Shown here in pieces: positions 37,051-48,790 of a DNA stretch of 64,000 bases. The notes beneath the pieces were generated by a model. It was not told where the DNA came from, made no database searches, and saw nothing but the letters and a program-made list of their open reading frames with translations. The translations under genes were made by a program, and so were the position numbers. The DNA comes from a virus. The DNA is taken from the IMG/VR virus record IMGVR_UViG_3300005573_000001; one strand, 5' to 3'. Each line of letters begins with the position of its first letter. Within the stretch, counting starts at the first letter, position 1.

Positions 37051-38121
37051 ATGGCTGGTCCTAATATAGCAGACTTAACCAAAACTGCTTATCCAATCAA
37101 GATAGATGACAATAGAGAAAATGCTTCTGGCGATTACCAGTATAATGCCAACTTCGTCGCCAACGCAGATTACGACAGTGAGGATGCTTCAGGTGACAAC
37201 TACATCGTTAAGGCAGACGACGTAAACACATTCGCAGAAGCCATTATGGCAATACAGCGCACCCTTGGGGTAACTCCATATGGAGACGCCGAAAGCGTAT
37301 CTGCCAGAATAGCCAATATAGAGAACTTCTTAAGGAACCCGACTGTCTTTGACGAACGGTATGGCGGCGTCAACTGGGGTACCCCAGAAAATACTTGGCC
37401 TACTATATTATCTCATACACACGTAGGCGGCAACAACGCTCCTTCAAAGATAGACCTAACGGCAGCTGTTACCGGCAAGTTACCCAAAGGCAATATGACC
37501 CTATCTGCATCAGACGAAGCGCCGCTTACATCGGAAGACATTCTGTATACTAAGGCCGACGGCCGCTCCATAAAGTATCACTTAGACACTAAGATAGCCA
37601 CTACTGGCGACTATACAATCGAGGGCAATTTTACGTTCAAAGGGAACGTCGTGGGGCACATATTCGCAGAATATAATATGGCTAATGCCCCTGCTTCGGC
37701 ATGGGCAACTACAAGTCAATGTTCGGCAGCAGTAGACACCAAAGCATACTCCGGGTATTCCCTTAAAGCTTCACAGGCTAACGGCACGTGCACCGTAAGT
37801 GTGCCAGTGCGTTTTGGGTGGATGTCTATAAACTTAAGGTGTAAAATCTCTCAAAGCGACTTAGCCACAGCAGGAAATAAGCTAACCGTAGCAATATCCG
37901 ATTACGGTAGGCCTGCAGTGAGTACGACGCTTACCGATGCAAGCTTTGAGAATAGTGACGTATACCAGAATTTCGCCTTCAACTTTGAACACACGAACTC
38001 TACCACGGCTCCAAACAATAAGAACATGTTCGTCAATATTACATTCCACACTACCGGAGTATCTATAGACAGCATGATAGTTATGCCATCCAGTATAGGA
38101 CTCTGGGCAGAAAACGCATAA
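37051..38121 (+). CDS. Short tail fibre/baseplate appendage protein
   Basis: N-terminal YP..ID...ADDVN...AIMAIQRTLG..P module shared with 48976, an HTH motif, and a beta-rich C-terminal domain. Confidence 0.5.
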   Translation: MAGPNIADLTKTAYPIKIDDNRENASGDYQYNANFVANADYDSEDASGDNYIVKADDVNTFAEAIMAIQRTLGVTPYGDAESVSARIANIENFLRNPTVFDERYGGVNWGTPENTWPTILSHTHVGGNNAPSKIDLTAAVTGKLPKGNMTLSASDEAPLTSEDILYTKADGRSIKYHLDTKIATTGDYTIEGNFTFKGNVVGHIFAEYNMANAPASAWATTSQCSAAVDTKAYSGYSLKASQANGTCTVSVPVRFGWMSINLRCKISQSDLATAGNKLTVAISDYGRPAVSTTLTDASFENSDVYQNFAFNFEHTNSTTAPNNKNMFVNITFHTTGVSIDSMIVMPSSIGLWAENA

Positions 38122-38132
38122 GGTGACGACCA

Positions 38133-41100
38133 ATGGCCCAATATAATAAGAACTTCTATGGTGCTTCCTTCTACGGCGACATCAACGTACTAAGCGGACA
38201 ATATGCCAGTAACTGGATCCCACTATCCGACGATCCAATAAGTGGGACACTCAATGTCACAATTAATGCAGAGCTACCGGTTGCATCGTACGACTATCAA
38301 CACGTAGTAATGAGAGACGAGTTTAACGGTAGTGTCATACCTACTGTTACAGAGGTAATAAACGGAGACACATATATTAAGTTATCCGGGACCCACGTAG
38401 CGGAATTTCGAGTCACGTGCAGGAAGGCTGAAATTGTATACCTGAAGGGCCCAGGGTATGGCTCTCTTGCAGTAAATGGTTACAACGAGTTGGATGAATA
38501 CGTAAATGACTGGACAGTAAATTGCAACTACGCAACGATAGAGGAAGCGTCGGGAGTCAGTGGGTTCTGCTGGCCGACTCTCCACGATTATACATACTAC
38601 CTATGTGCAAGTTCCGGGACAGTATATATTCGCTGTATAAATGCGCATGTAACAGATGTCCAAGTACAGATGGTCGTGTCCGACACAGCCAGCGACCTTA
38701 GCAAGACTAGCTTTGAAACCCTTAGCAACGGTGAGTGGGAGCTCGTGTCTGGGAGTAAATATACGCGCGCTATGGAAGTTAGTCCGTTCTCAGACTGTAT
38801 AGTCTACGCATTCAAGATAATTATGAGCACGTCCGACGATACCTTGGCACCATCAGTCAGCGACATAATGTTCCAGACTAATGATACTAACGTATACGCG
38901 AGTAAGGCAACATGGGTAGCAGATATAACACTAAGTAATCCATCAAGCATAGACAATGTCTACTGTTCCAAAGAGAGCATAGAAGGAACTGCAGTCCATA
39001 TCTATACGAGGAGCTATAATGGAACAGCATGGTCTGCGTGGTCCCCGGTATATAACTGCGGTAAGTACATAGGGTTGGCAAACGATCAGCTTACTGAAAC
39101 GATATATACTCCAGTATTAGACCCGTCGTCTACGAACGTTAGCGCTGTAATCCGCCGGCTTGTAGTAGGGCAATATGCCCCTGCAGGTACCAGGATTACA
39201 TACAAGCTCATAAATCAAGATTTAGGCAATATAAGAAACTACTATGCCTTTATGGCGGCTACTGATCCATCTAACGATACGTATACGGTTACGGATGCGC
39301 TAACATCGGTCAGCGGCAGCAAAGTCCTATACAACGACGTCTTTATTAATACGATGGGTATGGACCTAAACAGTATAAGCAGCCCGGTCCGTGTCGCGAT
39401 CACTCTTAAGCGCGACAACCTGACGTCTCCAACTCCAATATTCAGGTTTGCTACAATCGAAGCAGACGCCACATATGAGGAGAGGTTCTTTGTATCCCCG
39501 TGCGATACGATGGCAGACGGTACACCAAATACAACAAAGAGATATGCGTACGCCAGTGCAGTATACAACAGACTGGGCGGCAACGTTCCAGCTGCCTTCG
39601 TACTAGACGAAGCAGATTACGAAGACATCCTTATTGGGAATGCCACATATATCACTCCAGAGAATATGAACTTCAGCCCACCGACAAAGGTCGAAGGGTT
39701 AGCCGTAAATACCACAAGCACAATCAGTACGCCTACCTACATAATTGAGCCAGAGTATGTGCTCTATAGAGTTGTCGACGGCACGGAGACAAAAGTGCCC
39801 CTAAATAAGAATGAGCTAGCGGTATTCTGGGAGTCTGGAGAAAGCACGCGTAGTCTGACTACTACATTGCCAAACGACGTGCTGATAGCGCAGGTAACTC
39901 CCTACGATCCTACCGGTACGGCAAACATAGACGAGTATAACATCTTCCTTGCATATCAATATGGGTACGGCGTAGTAGTTTACGGCAGCGATAAGACAAT
40001 AGAACCAGGCAACACATTCGTTGTGCCGCGGCTAAAGGGGCGGCAACCCATACTGGACGGCGTAAAATATGCATACTACCTAGTTAACGGCAGCGCTAAC
40101 GCATCCGGGATAGAGAACACTAACGAGCAGGTTGCCATAGCATGGGGTGGGACCCAATATCAGGAGCCGTACGCGGACATTGTGGAAGATTCCATCCATA
40201 ACGGCACGACGAACAGAGCCATTACAATAGCCAGTACAAACCCGGACAGATACGGTAGGATAGAGTGGATAAGTGAAGCAAAGCGCTTCTCCAGTATAAT
40301 AATAAACGAGAATGACGACTCGGTTGCGACTCCAGCGAGGGTGTTTCTAAGGTCAGTTGGCGATTTCCCAACGGTAGCACCGCAAGCTAACTTGGATAAG
40401 TATATAGTTGTAGCTGAGCCCGGGTCTGTTATGTGCCGTGGGAAAATAGTCCCAGACTCTAGAATCCATGCCGAACTTACTATCACCGGATATACGCCTG
40501 TAGACATGGATAATGAGCCAATCATCAGAACCGCCGGTAGTGCGCATGATACGTTGTCAAGAGAGGCCATCAGCGGTACTGCTCGTGTCGTAAATAGCGA
40601 GGGCGTCACGCTCATGCCCACAATTAGCGGCTCGGACATAGATTGGTCCGGCGTGTTTCCCGAGGGTACTCCAGAGGACGGCGAAATATACTACGTCAGT
40701 TACCAATACAATACACCAAGCGAGGGTATAATTACAGCGCGCGCAGTAGACAGCAAAGGACATGACTACTATGAGAACAAGGTCAGGACACACGCATGGA
40801 GCAGCGCGAAGCTGTATCACAGTCAAGGCATTTGTGCGCCTAGAGAAGACTACGTGTCTGCCACTTTGCCTGCCATTAGCGAAAGCGGTATCTGGGGCAC
40901 GATCGATACCAAGGTAGAAAACATCGAGTACTACGTGCTGGATAATAATCCTTGGGTAACTACGTTTATTAAGGACAGCAAGGTAGTAGGCACGCTGCGC
41001 AACCGCAAGCCATCGCAACAATGGCTTCCCTCCATTCACAACGGCTACTACTATCTGAATAAGGACGAATACTATAAATTCAGTCAACCGGCAGAGTATA

Positions 41101-43562
41101 CACCAGAAGTAACGAAGCTCGAACAGGCGACAAACGCCGTCATAACAAGTACTGGAACACTGCTTGAGCCAGCAACCACAAACTTAGTAACAGACCCAAC
41201 CTTCAATATCTCAGAAGGTACATATACAAAGGTATACGAGCTGCGTGGCAGCGATCCAGCAAGCTGCCAGATGGCATTGCTACACGGTGCATACACGGTC
41301 AACGAGGCAGGGATAATAGAGGCTAACGAGGCTACGATGGCGGCAACCGTCGTCCCCTTCCATAATATGCAGACTCGTATGGAGTATATATATAACGGAG
41401 ACTCAGTCAGCCTCGTATTTTGCTACAACGAAGATATAGGCTACCTCGAAGCAAAGATAACTCCGTACAACCTTACGCTACAAAGGGTGCAAATAGTACC
41501 AGACTACGGCGAGCGTGTAATTGCGACATTGGGTACGGCAGATATAGTCGAGGAACCTCAATTCACCATAGACTCCAGATATAGTATCACCGTTACAAAG
41601 ACAGACACAGTATTAGTAGTAGAGGCCACAACAGACGGCACAAGTATTACACTTACTGCCGAGGACAACCTGTATCAGTATGGTGGGGTTGGATTCAAAT
41701 GTGAGAACTCGATACGGCTTGACAATATCCAGGTTCTAGAGTGCCTAGGAGCATGGGAGCCAACACCAAACGATAGCAGCGGGCCGTCCGTAGACCTCTA
41801 TAATAACACCATATACATTACAAGTATAGACCAAGCCCATGGCATAGGCCAGACAGTCACCACAGAGGCTGGGTATGCTTATACGCTGTCCTTCGATTAT
41901 ACCGGCAATAGCGCTGTAATCGGTATAGACGATGATTACACAAGTGACACCAACGACACCGGGACTGTTAAGAGGGTCTCGCGTACATTTATTGCCTCCG
42001 AGGAAGCGCACCGCATATTTATAGGCAGCAGCGGAGAACAAACGATTGCGGTTGCTAATGTACAAGTAGAACAACACCCATACGCTACCCAGTTTACGCC
42101 AAGCGCAAGGGGCGAAGGTAGTATAACTATCCCATCCTCAAGCATCAGTCCCATCGTAGGAACACTCTATATCTCGTATACTCCGTTGACAGAGATTACA
42201 GAGGAAATTAATATCATATCCCTAACGGGCAGCGAAATGTCGATAAAAACTGATGGCAACACCGTCACATTCTACTATGGCGAGACGAGCACTAGCGTAA
42301 ATATCCCCATAGAGACTGGAAATGAGGTACAAATAGCTGCCTCATGGAATGCCTCAGACAACGAGTTTGAGATGCAACTAATCAAGCTTATGGTATGTAT
42401 AGAGGGCAGTGTCGCAAGTAATTATGCGACAGTATCAAGCAACGATCACATATCTATAGCTGAAGACAGTATACTAATGATCGGCGCACAGGAATCTATC
42501 CCGGCCATATACAAGAACCTCAGAATATACGACTACATATTTGGCGACTCATTTGGTGTACCAGACGACTACGTCTACGCGGCTGCTCTACAGGGTGTAA
42601 TTACCACGTACGACAACTCATATATAGAAATCAGCCCTGCCCCAGTTAACGGACAACCTATACTTGTATACGACGAAGACGGTCCATACACACATATAGC
42701 CTTCGTAGACAACAACAAGTTGGTCCCATATACGACTGAAATGCACACGTGGAGGGGGGAGCCAATCAGCCTGCACTATGTTGTCGATCCATCGTTCGTC
42801 ATCGTAATTAAGGATGAAAAGGGCGTACCCTTACTAAACTCAGATGAGGGTAAAATAATCATATCAGGCAACACACTTACTCTGGATGTAGCCGAAGAAG
42901 AGATAGAAGAAAGAAGCGAGGACGAACTATACGAGGGCAACATCTGGATTACGTATCGTCCGGCCAAATGCTTCACCTCAGAATTCTTTGACGACAAGTG
43001 TGTAATCCGCCTAACAGGGTTTTGCGGCAAGCCAGTAACTATAGTCTACGAGTCCAATCCATACGACTACGAGCATGCGCTAATAGATACTGCCGACCTG
43101 AATCCGATGAATAACCCAAACAACTTCGGCTTTATACGCATCCACCAGCGGACCGACGTAGCGACATCCTTCGACGTCAAAGTAACCCCAGAAACCCTTA
43201 GGGCGAATGGACACGAGTTCACCGTAATCATAATAGATGCCAAGGATGGAGTTGGAAACCCAGTTAGCAATGTAAATTACACATTCTCTGGATTGAGATA
43301 CGGCACGCTAGAGCGTTACATAACAGATGAACAGGCCGAGTTTATAGCGAGACGCGACAACGCGGAAGACCAGGCAAGCTTCAGATCAGAAAACGGATAC
43401 CTCATCACACTGAATGAGATGGCAGGAAGACAGATATTTATATATACGCCCAGAAGACATACAAACCTTGATCCCACCTACGGTACCGTAGAGGAGATAA
43501 ACCTGTTAGACACTGAGTCAGGATTAGGTATGGCAATCGATATAAGACTTATGCCAGCATAA
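38133..43562 (+). CDS. Large beta-rich baseplate/fibre structural protein (possible carbohydrate-binding and Ig-like domains)
   Basis: 1809 aa, Thr/Tyr-rich. LLEPATTNLV, QVEQHPYATQF and LamG-like segments, C-terminal Ig-like LRANG...IDAKDGVGNPV. Confidence 0.55.
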   Translation: MAQYNKNFYGASFYGDINVLSGQYASNWIPLSDDPISGTLNVTINAELPVASYDYQHVVMRDEFNGSVIPTVTEVINGDTYIKLSGTHVAEFRVTCRKAEIVYLKGPGYGSLAVNGYNELDEYVNDWTVNCNYATIEEASGVSGFCWPTLHDYTYYLCASSGTVYIRCINAHVTDVQVQMVVSDTASDLSKTSFETLSNGEWELVSGSKYTRAMEVSPFSDCIVYAFKIIMSTSDDTLAPSVSDIMFQTNDTNVYASKATWVADITLSNPSSIDNVYCSKESIEGTAVHIYTRSYNGTAWSAWSPVYNCGKYIGLANDQLTETIYTPVLDPSSTNVSAVIRRLVVGQYAPAGTRITYKLINQDLGNIRNYYAFMAATDPSNDTYTVTDALTSVSGSKVLYNDVFINTMGMDLNSISSPVRVAITLKRDNLTSPTPIFRFATIEADATYEERFFVSPCDTMADGTPNTTKRYAYASAVYNRLGGNVPAAFVLDEADYEDILIGNATYITPENMNFSPPTKVEGLAVNTTSTISTPTYIIEPEYVLYRVVDGTETKVPLNKNELAVFWESGESTRSLTTTLPNDVLIAQVTPYDPTGTANIDEYNIFLAYQYGYGVVVYGSDKTIEPGNTFVVPRLKGRQPILDGVKYAYYLVNGSANASGIENTNEQVAIAWGGTQYQEPYADIVEDSIHNGTTNRAITIASTNPDRYGRIEWISEAKRFSSIIINENDDSVATPARVFLRSVGDFPTVAPQANLDKYIVVAEPGSVMCRGKIVPDSRIHAELTITGYTPVDMDNEPIIRTAGSAHDTLSREAISGTARVVNSEGVTLMPTISGSDIDWSGVFPEGTPEDGEIYYVSYQYNTPSEGIITARAVDSKGHDYYENKVRTHAWSSAKLYHSQGICAPREDYVSATLPAISESGIWGTIDTKVENIEYYVLDNNPWVTTFIKDSKVVGTLRNRKPSQQWLPSIHNGYYYLNKDEYYKFSQPAEYTPEVTKLEQATNAVITSTGTLLEPATTNLVTDPTFNISEGTYTKVYELRGSDPASCQMALLHGAYTVNEAGIIEANEATMAATVVPFHNMQTRMEYIYNGDSVSLVFCYNEDIGYLEAKITPYNLTLQRVQIVPDYGERVIATLGTADIVEEPQFTIDSRYSITVTKTDTVLVVEATTDGTSITLTAEDNLYQYGGVGFKCENSIRLDNIQVLECLGAWEPTPNDSSGPSVDLYNNTIYITSIDQAHGIGQTVTTEAGYAYTLSFDYTGNSAVIGIDDDYTSDTNDTGTVKRVSRTFIASEEAHRIFIGSSGEQTIAVANVQVEQHPYATQFTPSARGEGSITIPSSSISPIVGTLYISYTPLTEITEEINIISLTGSEMSIKTDGNTVTFYYGETSTSVNIPIETGNEVQIAASWNASDNEFEMQLIKLMVCIEGSVASNYATVSSNDHISIAEDSILMIGAQESIPAIYKNLRIYDYIFGDSFGVPDDYVYAAALQGVITTYDNSYIEISPAPVNGQPILVYDEDGPYTHIAFVDNNKLVPYTTEMHTWRGEPISLHYVVDPSFVIVIKDEKGVPLLNSDEGKIIISGNTLTLDVAEEEIEERSEDELYEGNIWITYRPAKCFTSEFFDDKCVIRLTGFCGKPVTIVYESNPYDYEHALIDTADLNPMNNPNNFGFIRIHQRTDVATSFDVKVTPETLRANGHEFTVIIIDAKDGVGNPVSNVNYTFSGLRYGTLERYITDEQAEFIARRDNAEDQASFRSENGYLITLNEMAGRQIFIYTPRRHTNLDPTYGTVEEINLLDTESGLGMAIDIRLMPA

Positions 43563-43575
43563 GGAGAGAATCCCA

Positions 43576-46500
43576 GTGACCAAGAAACACATAGACAGAT
43601 TATCCAGCGTCGGCAAAGGAAGTGGCATTACGCAGGAGCATGGCACATATTCTATAGGAATCGTAAGGGAAGTTCCGTCAGATAGTGCCAACCTTGCCTT
43701 CGTATCAGGTGGAAAGCTCTCTGTTAATAAAAATATATCCCTACAAGACTATTGCAACACAATAGTTGAAAATCAACCTGCCGACTATACAGCAGACTTT
43801 CATATCCTTACACAAGATGGATCCGAGAGACTAAGGTTACGTATCGATGCTGGTGCATATACTTTTCACACCAGCGACCTCCTCATAACAGACGAGTTTT
43901 CCGTCCCTAATACTCCTCTCGATACCATCTACCCACTATATTATAAAGCCGTACCGTCATACAGTCTATACACAACCGACCTTGCACATAGTGGACTTAT
44001 GCGGCAATACGCGGCGGGTTACAATAGAGATAAGTCAGCATTCTCTCCCGTAGTAGATGATACTAAACCTATGGTATACTTCGGGCAGGACCTAATAATA
44101 CGGCACAGAAATGGGTCAGCCCTGTCAGATACCGAGGCTTATAAGGTAGTGCTAACCAAGTCTGCAAGCAACATATATAATGTCGTAATCTATACAAACT
44201 TCCAGAATACAGACAACAGGGAGTATATCGTAAGATATAGGCGCGGCCCAACAGCGTGGTTCGAAGAGAGCCTCAATGCCGCAACTTTCTTTACACGGGT
44301 CGAAACCTTCGATGCCATTAGTGAGACTCAGGAAAACTACCTCGCAGGCAACGAAGCAAACATATATACATACTACATAGACCAGGAAAGCCCTGGCAAG
44401 TATAATGTCTGTGCACCATCAAAGTTTGTCACTATCAATAATGCCGCCAGAGTGCCGGCAAGATTTAGGTATAGAATAGTCGGTACTGCACGAGATAGTT
44501 ATAACAACTATAACAAGTGCACGTTAAAGATAGGTATTATCTATGCAGCCGCATCCGGCAACGACAATACGCCATGCCATGTACTTGCCAGTATGAATGC
44601 AAAGGCTCCATATGGTTTGCCTTCATTCGTAACACTTACCAACCCGTATGCACACCCTGAATACTCGCCGTCACAAGCCGAGTACTGGTTAATAGACATT
44701 AATACGCCCTTAGAAATACTAGAGAATTACGACGTCATACTTATGACTGGCTACGGCGCAGTAGACTTGGACATCTATGCCGACAAATTCAACTCATATA
44801 TTACGGACGGTGGCAAGCTATGGATCGACAATCCGGCCAGTGGAGAAGGAACCTTCATCCCGTCTCTAATAGTGAACTCGTCCGACATTATCGGTGCTCA
44901 CTTTACCACCAATGAGCCAACGGCATATGAAATATCTGTCCCTACGTCTACTTACCTTAGCAACTACTATGCAGTCAATGGCACCGACATAGCATACGTG
45001 GATCAAGGCGCTATAGTAAAGGCCCCAATAGAGACAGCGACGACATGGATTACTCTCGTATCTGATAGTAATAACGACAACGTTGTTATATACCGCCAGT
45101 GCGGTAACGGGGCCATTATGATGAGCTCTTGCGGGCTCTTTAGAGAATACGCGAGGGCAGGCGGCTCCAACAATAATGCCAAACTGGTAACAAACCTTCT
45201 CCTAACGCTGGCGGAGAATAAATACATCTCCACGCCATGGATTTATGATAACGTCCACCACATAAGCAGCCTATTCGATAATGAATACGCCATAGGCGGT
45301 AGAACAGTATATCAGAAGGACGTAGTCAACGGAGTGGCTGTAGCAAAGAAAATACTTGCCCCATCGACCCTACATGCCATACTGCCATACATAGAGTATA
45401 ACTTGTCTAATGCCACACTCAACTTGGTGCCCCAGTTCCAGCAACTTAGAAACAACGTATGGACTGATGCCACACAGATCGAGTATGCCGGCACAAATGA
45501 CGGCTCGGAGCCACTGTGGGTCTACTGCAAAGCCCCATTATCAGCGTTTACCCCGCTTACTGTAGGATATAAAGAGTCCGACGTTAGAGTATGCGACGAT
45601 ACTGTGCCGTGGCAGGTCACCATAGTAGCCTATGCGAGCGTCTGGGGCGTAAACCAGAACGGACAGCCGGTATGCTCGAAGGTATATGGCACATCTAAAA
45701 AGGTCATACCATTTACCGTTAAGTATAGCGATGGATATAAGGATATAGCTACGCTAATTAATGTTCTGCCAGACTTATACTATGACAATAGTAATGTCCT
45801 ATGGCGCGACAAGACCAAGGTATCATACGAAATACGTATAGACACGATAGCCGGCGTACCTAATAGCAAAGTGAATATAGGGTTATATGACAAGCGCCTA
45901 AGCAAGTTCTATTATGCCAAGGATAACACCATAACAATCCCATATACTTCAGTTTTTGAACAGAGAAGCAATCCAGCGGCTATAGGTGGGGCAGAAATGA
46001 CTCTTAGGGCGTGGACGAACGAATACAGTATTATTGCTAACGACAGGACGTTTGGGGTATGTCCCGACACGAATAGTACCAGGGTATATCTTGAACTACC
46101 AAACAATACGGACGAGCGCGAGCAATGGCATGTAAGGATAAGGAATGGCCGGTTCGTGCGCAGCAGTATAGACAAAAACAACTACTTGCAGTATAGTACG
46201 ATAGTATCCAGCATCTATAATGGTACCTATTCGGTAATAGACGAGGTGCCGCTCGAAACAGGAGACATCCTTGAATATTCGGTAGAACCACAATACTTGA
46301 AGCAAGCCTTCTGGAGAAGCGACGGCATCAAAAGGGTCATACACGAGAAGGCACAGTACGTCAGAGATAATACAATTATGGTAATGAATAGCCCTCTAAT
46401 CATTACCGACCTCAGCGTTACAGAAGAACTGGTATCGCTCGGAGACGGCATTACATTTAAGGGCACCTACGACCTGTGGGACGAGGATGTAGTCCCAGTG

Positions 46501-47601
46501 CTCAAGGATGAGAATAATGATACTATTTCTATGGATGAGTATGACATCGACCTCTCGCGCGGCCTTGTAATATTTAAGGAAGTAGCGCCATATGCCAAAG
46601 TTATAGCAACATACACTTGCGAAAACACCAAAGTAACCAGGAATAGGTTTGCCAATAGAAGCGTTAGTCAAGAAGAGCTTAGGCGCATAAGTAGTTCTGT
46701 CTACCGCTTCAGCCACGGAGATATTGCCACGTCTCCAAGGCCAACGCTATATCACATTACACCAGGCAGCAGAACGCTAATACCGGCAGGAAGCTACACA
46801 ATAGACTACGAGCGTGGGTTATTGCGTATGCATGGCGTACAGGCAGAATCCATGAGGATCTTTGCCGACTATATCTACTATAGCGAAGATACTCTCACAA
46901 TAGCAGACTACAACGCAGAAGCCGGAACCATCAACGTGGCTGAGCCTATAGACTTTACCGACATTATCTATGTAAGCTACGAGTATCAAGAGAAGTTTCT
47001 GGTATACAACGGGTATGTAGACGCGGGGCAGTATTTCCACTTAGACCTAAACCCGTCAGAGGGGCATCTAAGCACGCAGTTAATCACAGATACAGCAGAT
47101 CATCCGGTCTATAGCTTGGAACCAACCAAAAATCTGATCAATAAGAGTATATACATATACATGCTCCCGAGTACGATCTACGACGCCACTACCGGCGCTG
47201 TCAAGTATCAAGAGGAGTACCCAATCCGACATTGCATAGGCCAATCTACTATAGAGTATATACTTACGACCTATCCCTATGCCGTAGTACTAGGAGAAAT
47301 CATAATTAGAGATCAAAACAAGGAGGCACAGGCCCTGGTTTTGGATACCCGCAAGCGTGGCGGCGGGCTGCTCGAGAGCATAACGGTAGAGCAGATAGAT
47401 AGGGTATATCCGGGTGCCAGGTACCATTGGGATATTGCGGAGTTTGACGGACTGCCATACCAAGGCAACGGTGCGTTCGTAATCCGAATTCCCAAGACAG
47501 TACTTACATCCTATGGAGGCAGATTCACCGAGGACGAGGTCCAAGATATTATATCCAAATATCAGGCGTATGGTACATACGCCATCATAGAATATATCTA
47601 A
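43576..47601 (+). CDS. Large virion structural protein (baseplate-associated)
   Basis: 1341 aa, GTG start with SD AAGGAG. Repeated Y-x-ID-x3-G-L beta modules and C-terminal LDTRKRGGGL...WDI..FDG.PYQ.NG. Confidence 0.55.
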   Translation: MTKKHIDRLSSVGKGSGITQEHGTYSIGIVREVPSDSANLAFVSGGKLSVNKNISLQDYCNTIVENQPADYTADFHILTQDGSERLRLRIDAGAYTFHTSDLLITDEFSVPNTPLDTIYPLYYKAVPSYSLYTTDLAHSGLMRQYAAGYNRDKSAFSPVVDDTKPMVYFGQDLIIRHRNGSALSDTEAYKVVLTKSASNIYNVVIYTNFQNTDNREYIVRYRRGPTAWFEESLNAATFFTRVETFDAISETQENYLAGNEANIYTYYIDQESPGKYNVCAPSKFVTINNAARVPARFRYRIVGTARDSYNNYNKCTLKIGIIYAAASGNDNTPCHVLASMNAKAPYGLPSFVTLTNPYAHPEYSPSQAEYWLIDINTPLEILENYDVILMTGYGAVDLDIYADKFNSYITDGGKLWIDNPASGEGTFIPSLIVNSSDIIGAHFTTNEPTAYEISVPTSTYLSNYYAVNGTDIAYVDQGAIVKAPIETATTWITLVSDSNNDNVVIYRQCGNGAIMMSSCGLFREYARAGGSNNNAKLVTNLLLTLAENKYISTPWIYDNVHHISSLFDNEYAIGGRTVYQKDVVNGVAVAKKILAPSTLHAILPYIEYNLSNATLNLVPQFQQLRNNVWTDATQIEYAGTNDGSEPLWVYCKAPLSAFTPLTVGYKESDVRVCDDTVPWQVTIVAYASVWGVNQNGQPVCSKVYGTSKKVIPFTVKYSDGYKDIATLINVLPDLYYDNSNVLWRDKTKVSYEIRIDTIAGVPNSKVNIGLYDKRLSKFYYAKDNTITIPYTSVFEQRSNPAAIGGAEMTLRAWTNEYSIIANDRTFGVCPDTNSTRVYLELPNNTDEREQWHVRIRNGRFVRSSIDKNNYLQYSTIVSSIYNGTYSVIDEVPLETGDILEYSVEPQYLKQAFWRSDGIKRVIHEKAQYVRDNTIMVMNSPLIITDLSVTEELVSLGDGITFKGTYDLWDEDVVPVLKDENNDTISMDEYDIDLSRGLVIFKEVAPYAKVIATYTCENTKVTRNRFANRSVSQEELRRISSSVYRFSHGDIATSPRPTLYHITPGSRTLIPAGSYTIDYERGLLRMHGVQAESMRIFADYIYYSEDTLTIADYNAEAGTINVAEPIDFTDIIYVSYEYQEKFLVYNGYVDAGQYFHLDLNPSEGHLSTQLITDTADHPVYSLEPTKNLINKSIYIYMLPSTIYDATTGAVKYQEEYPIRHCIGQSTIEYILTTYPYAVVLGEIIIRDQNKEAQALVLDTRKRGGGLLESITVEQIDRVYPGARYHWDIAEFDGLPYQGNGAFVIRIPKTVLTSYGGRFTEDEVQDIISKYQAYGTYAIIEYI

Positions 47602-47614
47602 GGAGAGAGATAAT

Positions 47615-48781
47615 ATGGCAGAAACCATTCTGAAGGTAGGCTCAAGCGGGCCTGCAGTACTGGAGTTACAGAAGAACTTACAGAAACTCATTAACCCACT
47701 TACAAAGAAGCCATACTTTAATGCAACCCCAGGCGGCAACTTTGGGCCACTTACCAGCTTAGCAGTAAGGACGTTCCAAGCTGTAAGACACATTAAGGTA
47801 GACGGAATCGTTGGGCCACAAACGCAAGGAGAAATCAAGCTGGCACTACAGCAGCAAGCAGACGAAGCGGCAGGTATCATGCAGTATGGGGATACCGGCG
47901 AGGCCGTCAAGAAGCTACAGGCAAATCTTCATACCCTTATAGATCCGCAGACAAAACTCCCTTACTATAATGGAGTTAACGAGGGGAGCTTCCTTGGTAT
48001 TACTAAGGCCGCCGTCATGGCATTCCAAGCTGATAATGGGCTGCCAGTCAACGGTATAGCGGATAAGGCAACGCTAGCTGCTATAGACAAAGCGCTAGCT
48101 ATGACACAGGCTCCGCAAGTAGTACAGTATCTAACCAGAGAAACGCATCCTAACCTTACCAGTCAGCAGCTTACAGAAATCAATGCCGCCTTGCAAGGTG
48201 TCAACACCATGCGCAGGAACATGGTAATAGAGGGATGCAAGTATGTATGGCCAATAGGTATATACATGATAGGTGCCAATGAGTTTAATAAAAGCCTCAA
48301 GCTCAATACCGTAGACGAAGCCGAAATTAAGGCATACATCAAGCGTGCACCAACCTACGTTACAAATGGGCGCGGAGAGTTCCTGCTGAAACATGTAAGA
48401 GAAATGACGGCAAGTGGCAAATTCTGTGTCGGAACAGACTGCAGTGGACAGGAAGTAGGACTATTAAGATTCTTTAAGCTGGTCAGTCCGTCGTTCGACA
48501 CTACGGCTAATGGCATGTATCACAGCTATTGTCATGCAATCAGTAGGGAACAACTCATGCCCGGGGACTTCGTATTCAAAAAGCCAGCTGTTGGGCGCAT
48601 CCCGCATATGGCCATGTATGTTGGCAACGGATGGGTACTCGAAGCGGCGGGTGGCGCTTACGGCGTAGTACTATCACAGCTGGATACCCATAGGGTAAAG
48701 AACCAAATGACAGGTCGTACCGAGACTCACAAGCTATTCAACTGCTTCGGCAGACCAAAGTTCGCAGGATATGAATCCTAA
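47615..48781 (+). CDS. Endolysin-like enzyme: two PG_binding_1 domains + NlpC/P60 endopeptidase
   Basis: LKVGSSGPAVLELQKNL...GNFGPLT..AVRTFQ...VDGIVGPQT and a second similar repeat. Catalytic DCSG...GDFVF...PHMAMYVGNGWVLEA. Confidence 0.88.
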   Translation: MAETILKVGSSGPAVLELQKNLQKLINPLTKKPYFNATPGGNFGPLTSLAVRTFQAVRHIKVDGIVGPQTQGEIKLALQQQADEAAGIMQYGDTGEAVKKLQANLHTLIDPQTKLPYYNGVNEGSFLGITKAAVMAFQADNGLPVNGIADKATLAAIDKALAMTQAPQVVQYLTRETHPNLTSQQLTEINAALQGVNTMRRNMVIEGCKYVWPIGIYMIGANEFNKSLKLNTVDEAEIKAYIKRAPTYVTNGRGEFLLKHVREMTASGKFCVGTDCSGQEVGLLRFFKLVSPSFDTTANGMYHSYCHAISREQLMPGDFVFKKPAVGRIPHMAMYVGNGWVLEAAGGAYGVVLSQLDTHRVKNQMTGRTETHKLFNCFGRPKFAGYES

Positions 48782-48790
48782 GGAGGTTGT

